Assembly (NCBI GenBank): GCA_005878635.1
Contig: VBLS01000111.1
Coordinates: 1 to 60,533 of the forward strand
DNA length: 60,533 nt
From: Methanobacteriota archaeon
Lineage (GTDB): Archaea > Thermoplasmatota > Thermoplasmata > RBG-16-68-12
Direction of reading: 5' to 3'
A program made the translations under genes and the position numbers. The notes under the pieces are model-generated. The model ran no database searches and was not told where the DNA came from. It saw nothing but the letters and a program-made list of their open reading frames with translations. Every line of letters begins with the position of its first letter. Within the stretch, counting starts at the first letter, position 1. Shown one piece after another: positions 9,152 to 17,910 of the stretch.

Positions 9152-9924
9152 TGATCCTCCTCGAAGCCCAGAACCTCCATTCTGGCTATGGGGAAATGGA
9201 AATCCTCCATGGCGTGTCGATGCGACTCGACAGCCAGGAAATCGTGACGATCATTGGGCCCAATGGGGCCGGCAAATCGACCCTCATCAAGACGATATTC
9301 GGCCTCCTCCGACCGACCGCCGGCCAGGTGACCTTCAAGGGCCTCGACATCACCGGAAAACCGCCTCGGGACCTGGTCCTCGACGGGCTTGCCTACGTCC
9401 CGCAATCGAACAACACGTTCCCGTCCCTCACGGTCCTCGAGAACCTGGAAATGGGCGCCATCACCCGGAGGGCCTCCCCCATCCCGATGCCCTGGAATCG
9501 TAGCCGGGGTTCGGCGACGTCGCCGCGCATGATGAACGACTCGCAGATCCGGAGACGGGCCATCGAGACGATCGCCCTCTTTCCGAACCTCCGCCCGAAG
9601 TTGCGGGAGAGGGCGGGGAACCTCAGCGGCGGGGAGCAGCAGATGGTCGCCCTCGCGAAGTCGATGATGCTGGACCCCGACATCCTCCTGATCGATGAGC
9701 CCTCGGCGGGCCTCGCCCCGAAACTCGTGGATATGGTGTTCTCCAAGATCGTCGAGATCAATGGAAGCGGGACCTCGGTCGTGATGGTGGAGCAGAACGC
9801 GAAGAAGGCACTCGCCATAGCGAACCGCGGATACATTCTGGAGACGGGCAGGAACCGCTATGAGGGGGCCGCAAAGGAGCTCCTCCAAAACACCGACGTT
9901 GCGAAACTCTACCTTGGCGGCTAG
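9148..9924 (+). CDS. livF: branched-chain amino acid ABC transporter ATP-binding protein (LivF-like)
   Basis: ATG at 9148 overlaps the livG stop (ATGA). GPNGAGKST, LSGGEQQMVALAKSM, ILLIDEPS. Contains an extra Ser/Arg/Pro-rich segment. Confidence 0.85.
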   Translation: MMILLEAQNLHSGYGEMEILHGVSMRLDSQEIVTIIGPNGAGKSTLIKTIFGLLRPTAGQVTFKGLDITGKPPRDLVLDGLAYVPQSNNTFPSLTVLENLEMGAITRRASPIPMPWNRSRGSATSPRMMNDSQIRRRAIETIALFPNLRPKLRERAGNLSGGEQQMVALAKSMMLDPDILLIDEPSAGLAPKLVDMVFSKIVEINGSGTSVVMVEQNAKKALAIANRGYILETGRNRYEGAAKELLQNTDVAKLYLGG

Positions 9925-9972
9925 GGCTGACGCTGACCGCGAGAAAAAGGAAAGAAGAAAAGGGAAGGGGGT

Positions 9973-11430
9973 TCAGCCGCGTCGGGGTACCGCGAGCGCG
10001 CGGAGCTGCACCATGAACGCGTTCGGGACGTACGGCGCCGGGGCGCCGATATTCGAGGTGGAGACCGGCTGAATGAGCGACTCTCCGAAGAACGCCAACC
10101 GGTCGATCTTGAAGGTGCTGTTAACCCCCCAGATCTCGTAGCTTCCGACGGCCGGGTCGTTCGTCGCATTCAGGTTCTCGGATCCGCTCGCACCTTCCCA
10201 GTTCACGGCGGTTCCCGCGGCCAACGTGGTCAAGGCCTTCGACCATTGCCCACCGTTGATCACCGTTCCGCCGGTGCTAAGCCCGCCCGATACCGCGCGC
10301 AGCTGGGCCTTGATCGAGGCACCGTCGACCGCACCGGCCTTCTGGGCCGCGAGAGCGATCAGGTAGACCGCGTCGTAGGTGTGCGAGGCGTATAGCTGCG
10401 GCGTCTGGTTCGTATAGCGAGCCTTGTAGCGACTCACGAAGTCGTTGTAGAGGGACGAGACCGGCGCCGCCGGTGCCGTTCCCCACAGCTTCGTGACATC
10501 CACGCCGACGGCCGGGTCATGGAGCTGGTCGACGAAGACTTGGTCCTGAAGGCCCTCCGAGAACACCCATTGCTTGTCCCAGGCTCCGGCGTGAGAACCG
10601 CGTTGTTGCTCCCACTGCTTCATCACGGTGAGACCGGTGTCCGGGTACGCGACGAAGTACACAACCTGCGGATTCGCGGCGAAGAGCTGGGTCAGTGCAG
10701 CCGAGTAGTCCGCCTGCTTCTCGGGAATCACGACCGTTGTGTTGACGACATGACCGCCTCCAAGGGCTTCGAACTTCTGCTTGAAGATCGCCCCGAGGCC
10801 GATGCCGTAGGGGTTGTTGATAACCATGGCCGCCGCGTACTTGAACGACTGGTTCGTGCCGAGGTAACTCGCCGCGACCGAACCCTGCAGTCGGTCCGAG
10901 GAAATCGTCCGGAAGAACCAACCGTTCGTCACGGTCAAGTCGGACAGCTTGACCGAGGTCGCGGAGGGAGAGACCATGACGACGCCGTTGTCCCCGGCGA
11001 ACTTGATCGACGACAGCGAGCCGCCGGAGAACTGAGCACCCACGATCGCGTCGACATGATTTTGCGTGATCAGTTTGGTTGCCGCGGCGAGGGCGGCGGT
11101 CGAATCGGTCTGATCGTCTTCATTGTAAATCTCAACCTTCTGGCCGAGGACTCCGCCGGCCGCGTTGATCTCTTCGACGGCCAGGTTCGCCCCTTTCGTA
11201 TCGCCGGGTCCGAAGAGGGCCAATCCCCCGGTCAGCGACAAGAGGGTTCCAATCCTCAATGGCGCCTTTCCAGACGGGCTGAAGAGCCCGCCGACGGCCG
11301 CCGCCAAGACGACGACGACGATCACGACCAGAACTGCAATCACGATCCACAACGCTTTGCCCCTCGAGGCCGGCTTTGGCGCCTCCCCCGAGGAGGATGA
11401 CGGCTCCTCCATGATAATCCCGGGCGACAT
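9973..11430 (-). CDS. LIV-type ABC transporter substrate-binding protein, membrane anchored
   Basis: N-terminal TM anchor, then a type I periplasmic binding fold pattern (IGTLLSLTGGLALFGPGDTKGANLAVEEINAAGGVLGQKVEIYNEDDQ). Convergent with livHMGF. Confidence 0.8.
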   Translation of the reverse strand: MSPGIIMEEPSSSSGEAPKPASRGKALWIVIAVLVVIVVVVLAAAVGGLFSPSGKAPLRIGTLLSLTGGLALFGPGDTKGANLAVEEINAAGGVLGQKVEIYNEDDQTDSTAALAAATKLITQNHVDAIVGAQFSGGSLSSIKFAGDNGVVMVSPSATSVKLSDLTVTNGWFFRTISSDRLQGSVAASYLGTNQSFKYAAAMVINNPYGIGLGAIFKQKFEALGGGHVVNTTVVIPEKQADYSAALTQLFAANPQVVYFVAYPDTGLTVMKQWEQQRGSHAGAWDKQWVFSEGLQDQVFVDQLHDPAVGVDVTKLWGTAPAAPVSSLYNDFVSRYKARYTNQTPQLYASHTYDAVYLIALAAQKAGAVDGASIKAQLRAVSGGLSTGGTVINGGQWSKALTTLAAGTAVNWEGASGSENLNATNDPAVGSYEIWGVNSTFKIDRLAFFGESLIQPVSTSNIGAPAPYVPNAFMVQLRALAVPRRG

Positions 11431-11534
11431 GTCGCGTCCTTATTTTAAACGTTCTGGCCGCCGCTTGGACACGGAGGGCTTTTGGTGCATTGTTCGAACT
11501 GGTACCATGCCCGGGATCGGATCGTCCCGCTCGC

Positions 11535-11852
11535 TTACGCGGCGCGTTCGCGGCGGAAAATCAGATATCCGACGAACCCGAAAATCGGGACGCCGAAAGA
11601 GACCGCGAACCAGAACGGCCCCCGCATCCGGCGGAGGCGGGCGTCCTGATAGACCCACAGGCCGACGAGGAAGGACGCGATGTAGAGCCCGAGGAGCAGC
11701 AACCAGAACACGATCGGCGTGGCCGGAGCAGCCGCCTGGTACGGGAGGGCGGCGCTCGGAAGGGCGTCGGGCGAGGTGGTCCCTCCTGCGCGGTTCCTCT
11801 CGGGAGGCGGGATGGGCCGGGGATATTTATACCATGCCGGATGCGCGGTCAC
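11535..11852 (-). CDS. small membrane protein with PLD-nuclease N-terminal (PLDc_N)-like domain
   Basis: Two TM helices with LWVYQDARLR...WFAVSFGVPIFGFVGYLIFRR, which resembles the PLDc_N pattern. Confidence 0.45.
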   Translation of the reverse strand: MTAHPAWYKYPRPIPPPERNRAGGTTSPDALPSAALPYQAAAPATPIVFWLLLLGLYIASFLVGLWVYQDARLRRMRGPFWFAVSFGVPIFGFVGYLIFRRERAA

Positions 11853-11886
11853 GATTGAGAGCCACGCGCATCCGTTAGAGGCGGGA

Positions 11887-12300
11887 ATGGGACCCCCGAG
11901 ACATTCTTATCGACGAATCGCGCTCGCCACGCGAGGCCGGAGGGATCGATTGGCCGAGGTTTCGACGAGCGGCATCGTCCTCTTGCTCGGCGTCGTTTTC
12001 ACGATCGTGGGAGTCGTCTTCGTGCCTTTCCTTTGCATCGGCGTGCCCCTGCTCATCGTCGGCGTGATCTTGGTCGTGGCGGAGAGCGGTCGCGGACGAA
12101 GAGCCCCGATGTCCCCTGCCTTTCCTCCGTACGCGGGCATGTACCCGAGCCCGCCGCCGATGGCCCCCGCCCGAGACGCATCGGCACCCACCGGAGGTCC
12201 GCCATTGGCATCGGTTGGCGAGGCCTGCCGGAGTTGCGGTGCTCCGTTGACGCCCGCGGCTTCCTTCTGCGCGAACTGCGGGGCCCGCGTCCTCCGGTAG
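11887..12300 (+). CDS. membrane protein with C-terminal zinc ribbon
   Basis: Start chosen at ATG 11887 to avoid antisense overlap. TM segments (GIVLLLGVVFTIVGVVFVPFLCIGVPLLIVGVILVV), then CRSCGAPLTPAASFCANCG. Confidence 0.45.
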   Translation: MGPPRHSYRRIALATRGRRDRLAEVSTSGIVLLLGVVFTIVGVVFVPFLCIGVPLLIVGVILVVAESGRGRRAPMSPAFPPYAGMYPSPPPMAPARDASAPTGGPPLASVGEACRSCGAPLTPAASFCANCGARVLR

Positions 12301-12319
12301 TCCGTCCGGTCGGCCCGCG

Positions 12320-13660
12320 ATGCCTTTATGGCGGCCAAGCCCTCTTCCCGCGCCCGGTGGACCAGTGAAGCGCTCCGACGTGTCGGGCTTTTACAAGAAG
12401 AGCGCGGAGGAGCGTTGGCAGATCATCCGCGAGTTCGGGGAGCTCGAGGCGTCCGAGATCGACACGATTCGAAACACCGGCGCGCTCCGGTTCGATCAGG
12501 TCGACCATATGGTCGAGAATGTCGTCGGTACGATGCCTCTGCCTCTCGGGATCGCCGTCAATTTCCGCGTGAACGGGCGGGACTACCTGATCCCGATGGC
12601 CATCGAGGAGCCGAGCGTCGTGGCCGCGGCCTCGAACGCGGCCCGGCTCGCGCGCGCGCACGGTGGTTTCACGACGAGCGGCTCGGGTCCGATCATGCTC
12701 GGCCAGATCCAGCTGGTCGGGATCCCCGATCCGCACGGGGCCCGTATCACGATCCTGTCCCATCGGGACGAGATCCTGGCCCTCGCGAACGAAAAGGACC
12801 CGATGCTCGTCAAGGTCGGCGGCGGGGCCAAGGACGTCGAGGTCCGTGTGCTCGAGACGAACCGCGGACCGATGGTCATCACCCACCTCGTGGTCGACTG
12901 CCGCGACGCCATGGGCGCCAACGCGGTGAATACGATGGCGGAGGCGATCGCCCCGCACCTCGAGAAGTGGACCGGCGGCCGCGTCTACCTGCGGATCATC
13001 TCGAACCTTGCGGTCCGGCGACTCGCGCGGGCCCGCGCGACTTTCGGGAAGGACGTCCTGAAGACAGACGAGCTGTCCGGCGAAGAGGTCATCGAGGGCA
13101 TCCTCGAAGCCTACGCCTTCGCAGAAGCCGACCCGTTCCGATGCGCCACGCACAACAAAGGGATCATGAACGGGGTTGATGCCGTCGTCGTCGCGACGGG
13201 GAACGACTGGAGGGCCATCGAGTCGGGAGCCCACGCCTATGCCGCCTGGAAGTCCGGCGGCTACCGGTCCCTGACCACCTGGGAAAAGGATGCGTCCGGG
13301 GACTTGGTCGGAACGATCGAGATGCCGATGGCGGTCGGGCTCGTCGGCGGCGCCACGGCCGTCCATCCGACCGCCCGCGCGAATGTGCGGCTTCTGGGGG
13401 TGAAGAGCGCGCAGGAACTCGGCGAGATCATCGCCACGGTGGGGCTCGCGCAGAACTTCGCCGCGCTCCGAGCCTTGGCGACGGAGGGCATCCAGCGGGG
13501 CCACATGTCCCTCCATGCCCGGAACATCGCGGCCACGGTTGGGGCAACGGGCGAGGAGGTCGAGCGAGTGGCGGAAATCCTGGTGAAAGAGCGAAAGGTT
13601 CGGATGGACCGAGCGAAGGAAGTCCTCTCCGAACTCCGGGCGAAGAAGGTCAGTGACTAA
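12320..13660 (+). CDS. hmgA: hydroxymethylglutaryl-CoA reductase, class II type
   Basis: IEEPSVVAAASNAARLA, DAMGANAVNTMAE and ATHNKGIMNGVDAVVVATGNDWRA fit class II HMGR of about 430 aa. An alternative GTG start lies at 12365. Confidence 0.85.
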   Translation: MPLWRPSPLPAPGGPVKRSDVSGFYKKSAEERWQIIREFGELEASEIDTIRNTGALRFDQVDHMVENVVGTMPLPLGIAVNFRVNGRDYLIPMAIEEPSVVAAASNAARLARAHGGFTTSGSGPIMLGQIQLVGIPDPHGARITILSHRDEILALANEKDPMLVKVGGGAKDVEVRVLETNRGPMVITHLVVDCRDAMGANAVNTMAEAIAPHLEKWTGGRVYLRIISNLAVRRLARARATFGKDVLKTDELSGEEVIEGILEAYAFAEADPFRCATHNKGIMNGVDAVVVATGNDWRAIESGAHAYAAWKSGGYRSLTTWEKDASGDLVGTIEMPMAVGLVGGATAVHPTARANVRLLGVKSAQELGEIIATVGLAQNFAALRALATEGIQRGHMSLHARNIAATVGATGEEVERVAEILVKERKVRMDRAKEVLSELRAKKVSD

Positions 13661-13975
13661 TATTTGTGACAGTGGATTATTCCGATTAGTCGAATCTATG
13701 TGGATGCTATAATAGGATACCATAAATCGAGATTCACTATCTTTGTTTAGGTGCGTCAGAATTCCGATTTTTCCGTGACAATCCTTGTCTCGGAAACCCG
13801 CTAGCCCCTTGACTACTATTTTGCGTGTGCCATAAAATTCACCCTTGTCGCGTTCGCTCTCCGCCTCCCTTATGCACGCATTTCCGTACGACGTTGCGTC
13901 AGACTATCGTCCGACCGGCAGACTTTTTTACTATGAGGTGCCTCTGCCGCTTCGGGATGGGTTCGAATAGTTCGA

Positions 13976-14788
13976 GTGGCAGTCTACACTAGAGTCTCTA
14001 CCGAAGACCAAGCTAAAGAAGGATTTTCCCTCAGCGCCCAGAAGGAGCGCCTTGAGGGTTACTGCTTGGCCCGCGGGTGGGAGGTCGCGGCCCTGTATGT
14101 GGACGATGGGCACTCCGGCCGCAACACCCGCCGGCCCGCGTATCAACGGATGATCGAGGAACGGGATCGGTGGGACGCGATCCTCGTGATCAAGATGGAT
14201 CGAATCCATCGAAACGCTCGTAACTTCATGGAGATGATGGATCAATTGGGTGATTGGGAGAAGGACTTCGTGTCCGCTACGGAGTCTCTCGACACATCCA
14301 CCGCGATGGGACGCTTCGTGATGGACATCATTCAGCGCATCGCGCAGCTCGAGTCCGAACAGATCGGGGAGCGCGTCAAGATGGGGATGGCCCAGAAGGC
14401 GAAGGCGGGTCCTGGAATCGTCGGGTACCAGCCGCCGTTGGGCTACGAGGTCTCGGCGGGCAATCTGATTACGATCGGTCGAGAGGCGAGCATCGTCCGG
14501 GAGATCTTCCGACGATGCGAGGATGGCTCCACGCTCGAAGAGATCGCCGCGGCCCTGAATGACGAGGGCCTCCGGACCAAGCGGGACACGGAGTGGACCG
14601 CCGTCAAGGTGTACCACATCTTGCACAACCCGGTCTACGCGGGCTTCCTCCGGTGGGACGGGTTCCTCCGAAAAGCGGAACATGAGGCCTTCGTCTCCGC
14701 CGAAACGTTCAACGAGGTCCAGGCACGGCTCCGGTCGCGCGCCCTCCTCGCGAACGCCCGGGCCCCTCCAATCGTCCTGGAGGCCTGA
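13976..14788 (+). CDS. serine recombinase (resolvase catalytic domain + recombinase domain), short form
   Basis: GTG start. VYTRVSTEDQ carries the catalytic Ser, followed by DDGHSGRN, the RIHRN region, then a PF07508-like recombinase domain (HNPVYAGF). It lacks the zinc-ribbon and coiled-coil tail of large serine recombinases. Confidence 0.85.
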   Translation: MAVYTRVSTEDQAKEGFSLSAQKERLEGYCLARGWEVAALYVDDGHSGRNTRRPAYQRMIEERDRWDAILVIKMDRIHRNARNFMEMMDQLGDWEKDFVSATESLDTSTAMGRFVMDIIQRIAQLESEQIGERVKMGMAQKAKAGPGIVGYQPPLGYEVSAGNLITIGREASIVREIFRRCEDGSTLEEIAAALNDEGLRTKRDTEWTAVKVYHILHNPVYAGFLRWDGFLRKAEHEAFVSAETFNEVQARLRSRALLANARAPPIVLEA

Positions 14789-14791
14789 GCG

Positions 14792-15520
14792 ATGGAGGGC
14801 CGCTGCGCGCGATGCTGGACGCCGAAGAACCTCGTGAGCCACGAGGTGGAGGCAAATCCGCGGGCGGACCCAACCGTCCGGAAGGAAAAGGTCGTCCTCT
14901 GCAAGCATTGCGCCGACGGAGCGCCCGCGGACGCCCTCCTCTTCTGGGAAGTCTACATGCGATTCGGTTCGACCCGCGAACTCTTGCAGCACTACGCTGC
15001 GGAGACTGAGGAGGACGCCCTCCGAAAGCTCTGCGTCGAGCGGGACCTGAACGAGCGAGAGGTGGTCCGGCGGGCCCGCGGGCAGCAGAGCGCCGAGGCC
15101 CTCAACAACGCGGTGAAGAAAGCGAATGCGTTCCTCACCTATGCGAGCCCGTACGGCTACGACTACGTGAACGGCGTCCTCCAGGTGAAGCAGGAGGAGG
15201 CCCGCGTCGTATCGCTCATCTTCAGGCGGTACCTCGAGGGGAAAGGAATCGCGAAGATTTGTCAGGAGTTGAATCGCGACGGGTACCGGACGAAGACGGG
15301 ACGCGCCTGGGCGAGCCAGACGATCGCGAATATCCTCAGCAATCCCGTCTATTGCGGCCTGTCCCGGTTGAACGGCGGCATCAAGCGCGGGAAACATGAT
15401 GCCCTGATCGAAATCGAGACGTTCAATCGAGTCCAAAACGAAATGCAGCGGCGGATCCGGCGGCCGGACCAGAGGAAGCCGGACACCCCGCAGCTGCGGC
15501 TCGAGGACTACCGCGAGTGA
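14792..15520 (+). CDS. recombinase-domain protein lacking the catalytic resolvase domain, with N-terminal CxxC...CxxC zinc ribbon
   Basis: CARC-x27-CKHC at the N-terminus. The C-terminal half (YGYDYVNGVLQVKQEEARVVSLIFRRYLEGKGIAKICQELNRDGYRTKTGRAWASQTIANILSNPVYCGL) is paralogous to the recombinase domain of the upstream ORF. The start is 3 nt after that ORF's stop. Confidence 0.7.
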   Translation: MEGRCARCWTPKNLVSHEVEANPRADPTVRKEKVVLCKHCADGAPADALLFWEVYMRFGSTRELLQHYAAETEEDALRKLCVERDLNEREVVRRARGQQSAEALNNAVKKANAFLTYASPYGYDYVNGVLQVKQEEARVVSLIFRRYLEGKGIAKICQELNRDGYRTKTGRAWASQTIANILSNPVYCGLSRLNGGIKRGKHDALIEIETFNRVQNEMQRRIRRPDQRKPDTPQLRLEDYRE

Positions 15521-15682
15521 GCCATCCCTCCCCGGATTTCTCGCACATTTTGCGGTCTGCAGAGGACCGCAGGCGGGCATCCCATTGTGCAAAGGTAGTC
15601 CAAACCGAAATGGGAAGGCGCTCGAGGCCGCGTTGACAATCCATAGGACTATATGGACGCCTAGTTCTATGTGTCCAGGCGA

Positions 15683-15835
15683 ATGCCCAAGCGAGTCAGG
15701 GATCTCACGACGATCCAGTTGACGACCGAGACCCGGGATCGGTTGTACCGGCTGAAATTCCGGAAGACCTACGACGAGTTCCTCTCGGAACTTTGCGACG
15801 TATTCGAGGCGTCGGGTCAGGACGATCAAAAATGA
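15683..15835 (+). CDS. small putative ribbon-helix-helix-like protein (50 aa, not in ORF track)
   Basis: Manual translation gives MPKRVRDLTTIQLTTETRDRLYRLKFRKTYDEFLSELCDVFEASGQDDQK. A short strand (TTIQLT) followed by helices resembles the CopG/RHH layout. It lies inside the island. Confidence 0.35.
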   Translation: MPKRVRDLTTIQLTTETRDRLYRLKFRKTYDEFLSELCDVFEASGQDDQK

Positions 15836-15980
15836 GCCCTCGAAACGTCGTTTAGCTAATACATATAATTTCATACACGGTTTTGTTACAGCTATACTGA
15901 TCGCATGTCCCAGCTACTAGCGACGATTTCGGCACCCGGCTGATAGGGTTATGACCGCACGGCCGATTCTCAGAGCGAGC

Positions 15981-17351
15981 ATGAGCTGGGCGGAGCGACA
16001 CCGACCGAAGGACCTCGACGACATCGTCGCGAATCCGACCGCGGTCGCCGAGCTCCGAAAGTGGGCGGCGGCATGGCAGCGCGGTCGACCGGACAAGAAG
16101 GCGGTCATCTTGCAGGGCCCTCCCGGCATCGGCAAGACGAGCGCCGCCCTCGCCCTCGCGAAGGAGATGGGCTGGAGCGTCGTCGAGATGAATGCCTCGG
16201 ACAGCCGGAACGCGGAGGCGATTCGGAAGGTCGCGACTCGCGGGGCCGTCCTCCAGACCTTCAGCGATTCCGGCGAATTCCTCCGGGCGGCCCAAGGAGG
16301 ACGCAAGCTGATCGTCCTCGACGAGGCCGATAACGTGTTCGGCCGGGAGGACCGCGGAGGGATCGGCGCGATCGTGGAGACGATCCAGACGAGCGGGCAG
16401 CCGATCGTCCTGATCGCGAACGACTACTACGGCCTCACCCGACGATCGTCCTCTCTGAAGCGACTAAGCAAGACCATCAAATTTCAACCTATTCACGATG
16501 ACGCCATGAAAAACATACTTCGCACGATCACCACCAAGGAAGGCGTCGACGTCGCCTCGGAAGTCCTTGATGTGATCGTCGAACGGTCCTCGGGAGATCT
16601 GCGGTCCGCGATCAACGACCTCGAGTCCCTCGCGATCGGCAAAGACGCGGTCCGGGCCACCGGGACGAAGGCCCTCGGGTACCGCGATCGAGAGCGCACG
16701 ATTTTCCCCGCGATCGAGGAGATCCTCCGGTCCGGAGATGCGCGGCGCGCGAAGGAGGCCGCGACGGGACTCGACGAATCCCCGGAGGACCTCATCTTGT
16801 GGGTCGACCAGAACCTGGGCCACGAGTTCGGCCGTCCCGACGACCTGGCCCGCGGCTACGATGCACTGAGCCGCGCGGACGTCTTCCTGGGGCGGGCCCG
16901 TCGGCGACAGAGCTTCGGCCTCTGGTCGTACGCGAAGGAGCTGATGTCGAGCGGCGTCGCGGTCGCCCGGAAGGGCCGTGGTCGAGGCGGCCAGCTCGAG
17001 TTCCCGTATTACCTGATCCAGATGGCCCGCTCTCGGGCGCAGCGCGGGGCGCGGACGTCCCTCGCCACGAAGCTCGCTCGCCACCTGCACGTCTCGCGGA
17101 CGCTCATCCTCGACGAACTCCTCCCGACGATCCGGATGCTGTTCCAGGGCGACGAGGAGCTGCGGGTGAACCTCACCGCCGCCCTCCGCCTCGAGGACGC
17201 GGAGGTCGCCCTCCTGATGGAGGAGCCGGAGTCGAGCCATGCGGTGAAGCACCTCCTCGAGAAGGCGGCCCTGGTCGCCGGGGCTCGTGCCCCCGAGTCG
17301 AAGGAAGGCTCGCTCCCCGCGTTCGACGAGGACGACGCCGATGCCGCGTGA
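15981..17351 (+). CDS. rfcL: replication factor C large subunit
   Basis: MSWAERHRPKDLDDIVANP, Walker A GPPGIGKTS, LIVLDEADN, and a SGDLRSAINDLE sensor region. Start taken at ATG 15981. Confidence 0.85.
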   Translation: MSWAERHRPKDLDDIVANPTAVAELRKWAAAWQRGRPDKKAVILQGPPGIGKTSAALALAKEMGWSVVEMNASDSRNAEAIRKVATRGAVLQTFSDSGEFLRAAQGGRKLIVLDEADNVFGREDRGGIGAIVETIQTSGQPIVLIANDYYGLTRRSSSLKRLSKTIKFQPIHDDAMKNILRTITTKEGVDVASEVLDVIVERSSGDLRSAINDLESLAIGKDAVRATGTKALGYRDRERTIFPAIEEILRSGDARRAKEAATGLDESPEDLILWVDQNLGHEFGRPDDLARGYDALSRADVFLGRARRRQSFGLWSYAKELMSSGVAVARKGRGRGGQLEFPYYLIQMARSRAQRGARTSLATKLARHLHVSRTLILDELLPTIRMLFQGDEELRVNLTAALRLEDAEVALLMEEPESSHAVKHLLEKAALVAGARAPESKEGSLPAFDEDDADAA

Positions 17352-17898
17352 GTCGGGAATTCGCCAACGAGCTATCGTCGGTCGACGGCTCGACCTCGCG
17401 GACTTCGAACTCCTGACCAAGTACACCTTGCCATTCGTGGACGCCGCGTGGGAGGTGCCTTTCGCGGTCCTCGATCTCGTAGGAAGCCCTCCTCGAGTCC
17501 TCGCGGGGCCGATCCACTGGGACGGATCGCGCTTGCATTCGACCGAACCGAAAGCGGCCCTCCGACGGATTGAATCCGTCCCGCCCGAAGACCTTGGTCA
17601 TCTCGTTCACTACGATCCCTGGTGGGTGTTCCGCGGCGCATCCGGGGTGGACCGAACGTGGATCGAGGCCGCGTTCGCCACGAACATCGCGCGCCCGTTC
17701 ATGCACGCGGGGAAGAAACTCAAGATCCACGACCTGCGATTCGACGACGGGATGGAGAGGCTCGAGGCGATCCTGGCGAAGGACGACGTGTTCCGGCCGA
17801 TCGAGCTCCACCGGGGCGAAGTCGACTTGCTCTCGTTGCGGCGAGGGAGGCCCGATGACGTCGAAGGATCATCCTCCCCGACCGCGAAAGCCCTTTAA
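17341..17898 (+). CDS. hypothetical protein, overlapping rfcL stop
   Basis: ATG 17341 overlaps the rfcL 3' end by 11 nt. 185 aa with no motif that I recognise. Confidence 0.45.
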   Translation: MPRESGIRQRAIVGRRLDLADFELLTKYTLPFVDAAWEVPFAVLDLVGSPPRVLAGPIHWDGSRLHSTEPKAALRRIESVPPEDLGHLVHYDPWWVFRGASGVDRTWIEAAFATNIARPFMHAGKKLKIHDLRFDDGMERLEAILAKDDVFRPIELHRGEVDLLSLRRGRPDDVEGSSSPTAKAL

Positions 17899-17910
17899 CT
17901 TCCGACTCGC

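Larger units (their letters stand above)
13663..15891. mobile_element. putative small integrated element or remnant carrying serine recombinase genes
   Basis: The flanks are visibly AT-richer than the surrounding DNA. Contents are two recombinase-family ORFs plus a small RHH-like ORF, inserted between hmgA and rfcL. An imperfect 10-bp direct repeat is present: TTTGTGACAG (13663-13672) and TTTGTTACAG (15882-15891). The boundaries are uncertain. Confidence 0.4.

Noticed and set aside
13950-13975. GGGTTCGAATAG, a T-loop-like string just upstream of the serine recombinase, considered as a possible tRNA fragment or att site
   Set aside because: The flanking bases do not form a T stem or an acceptor stem, and no cloverleaf can be built. 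The similarity is limited to a 9-mer.
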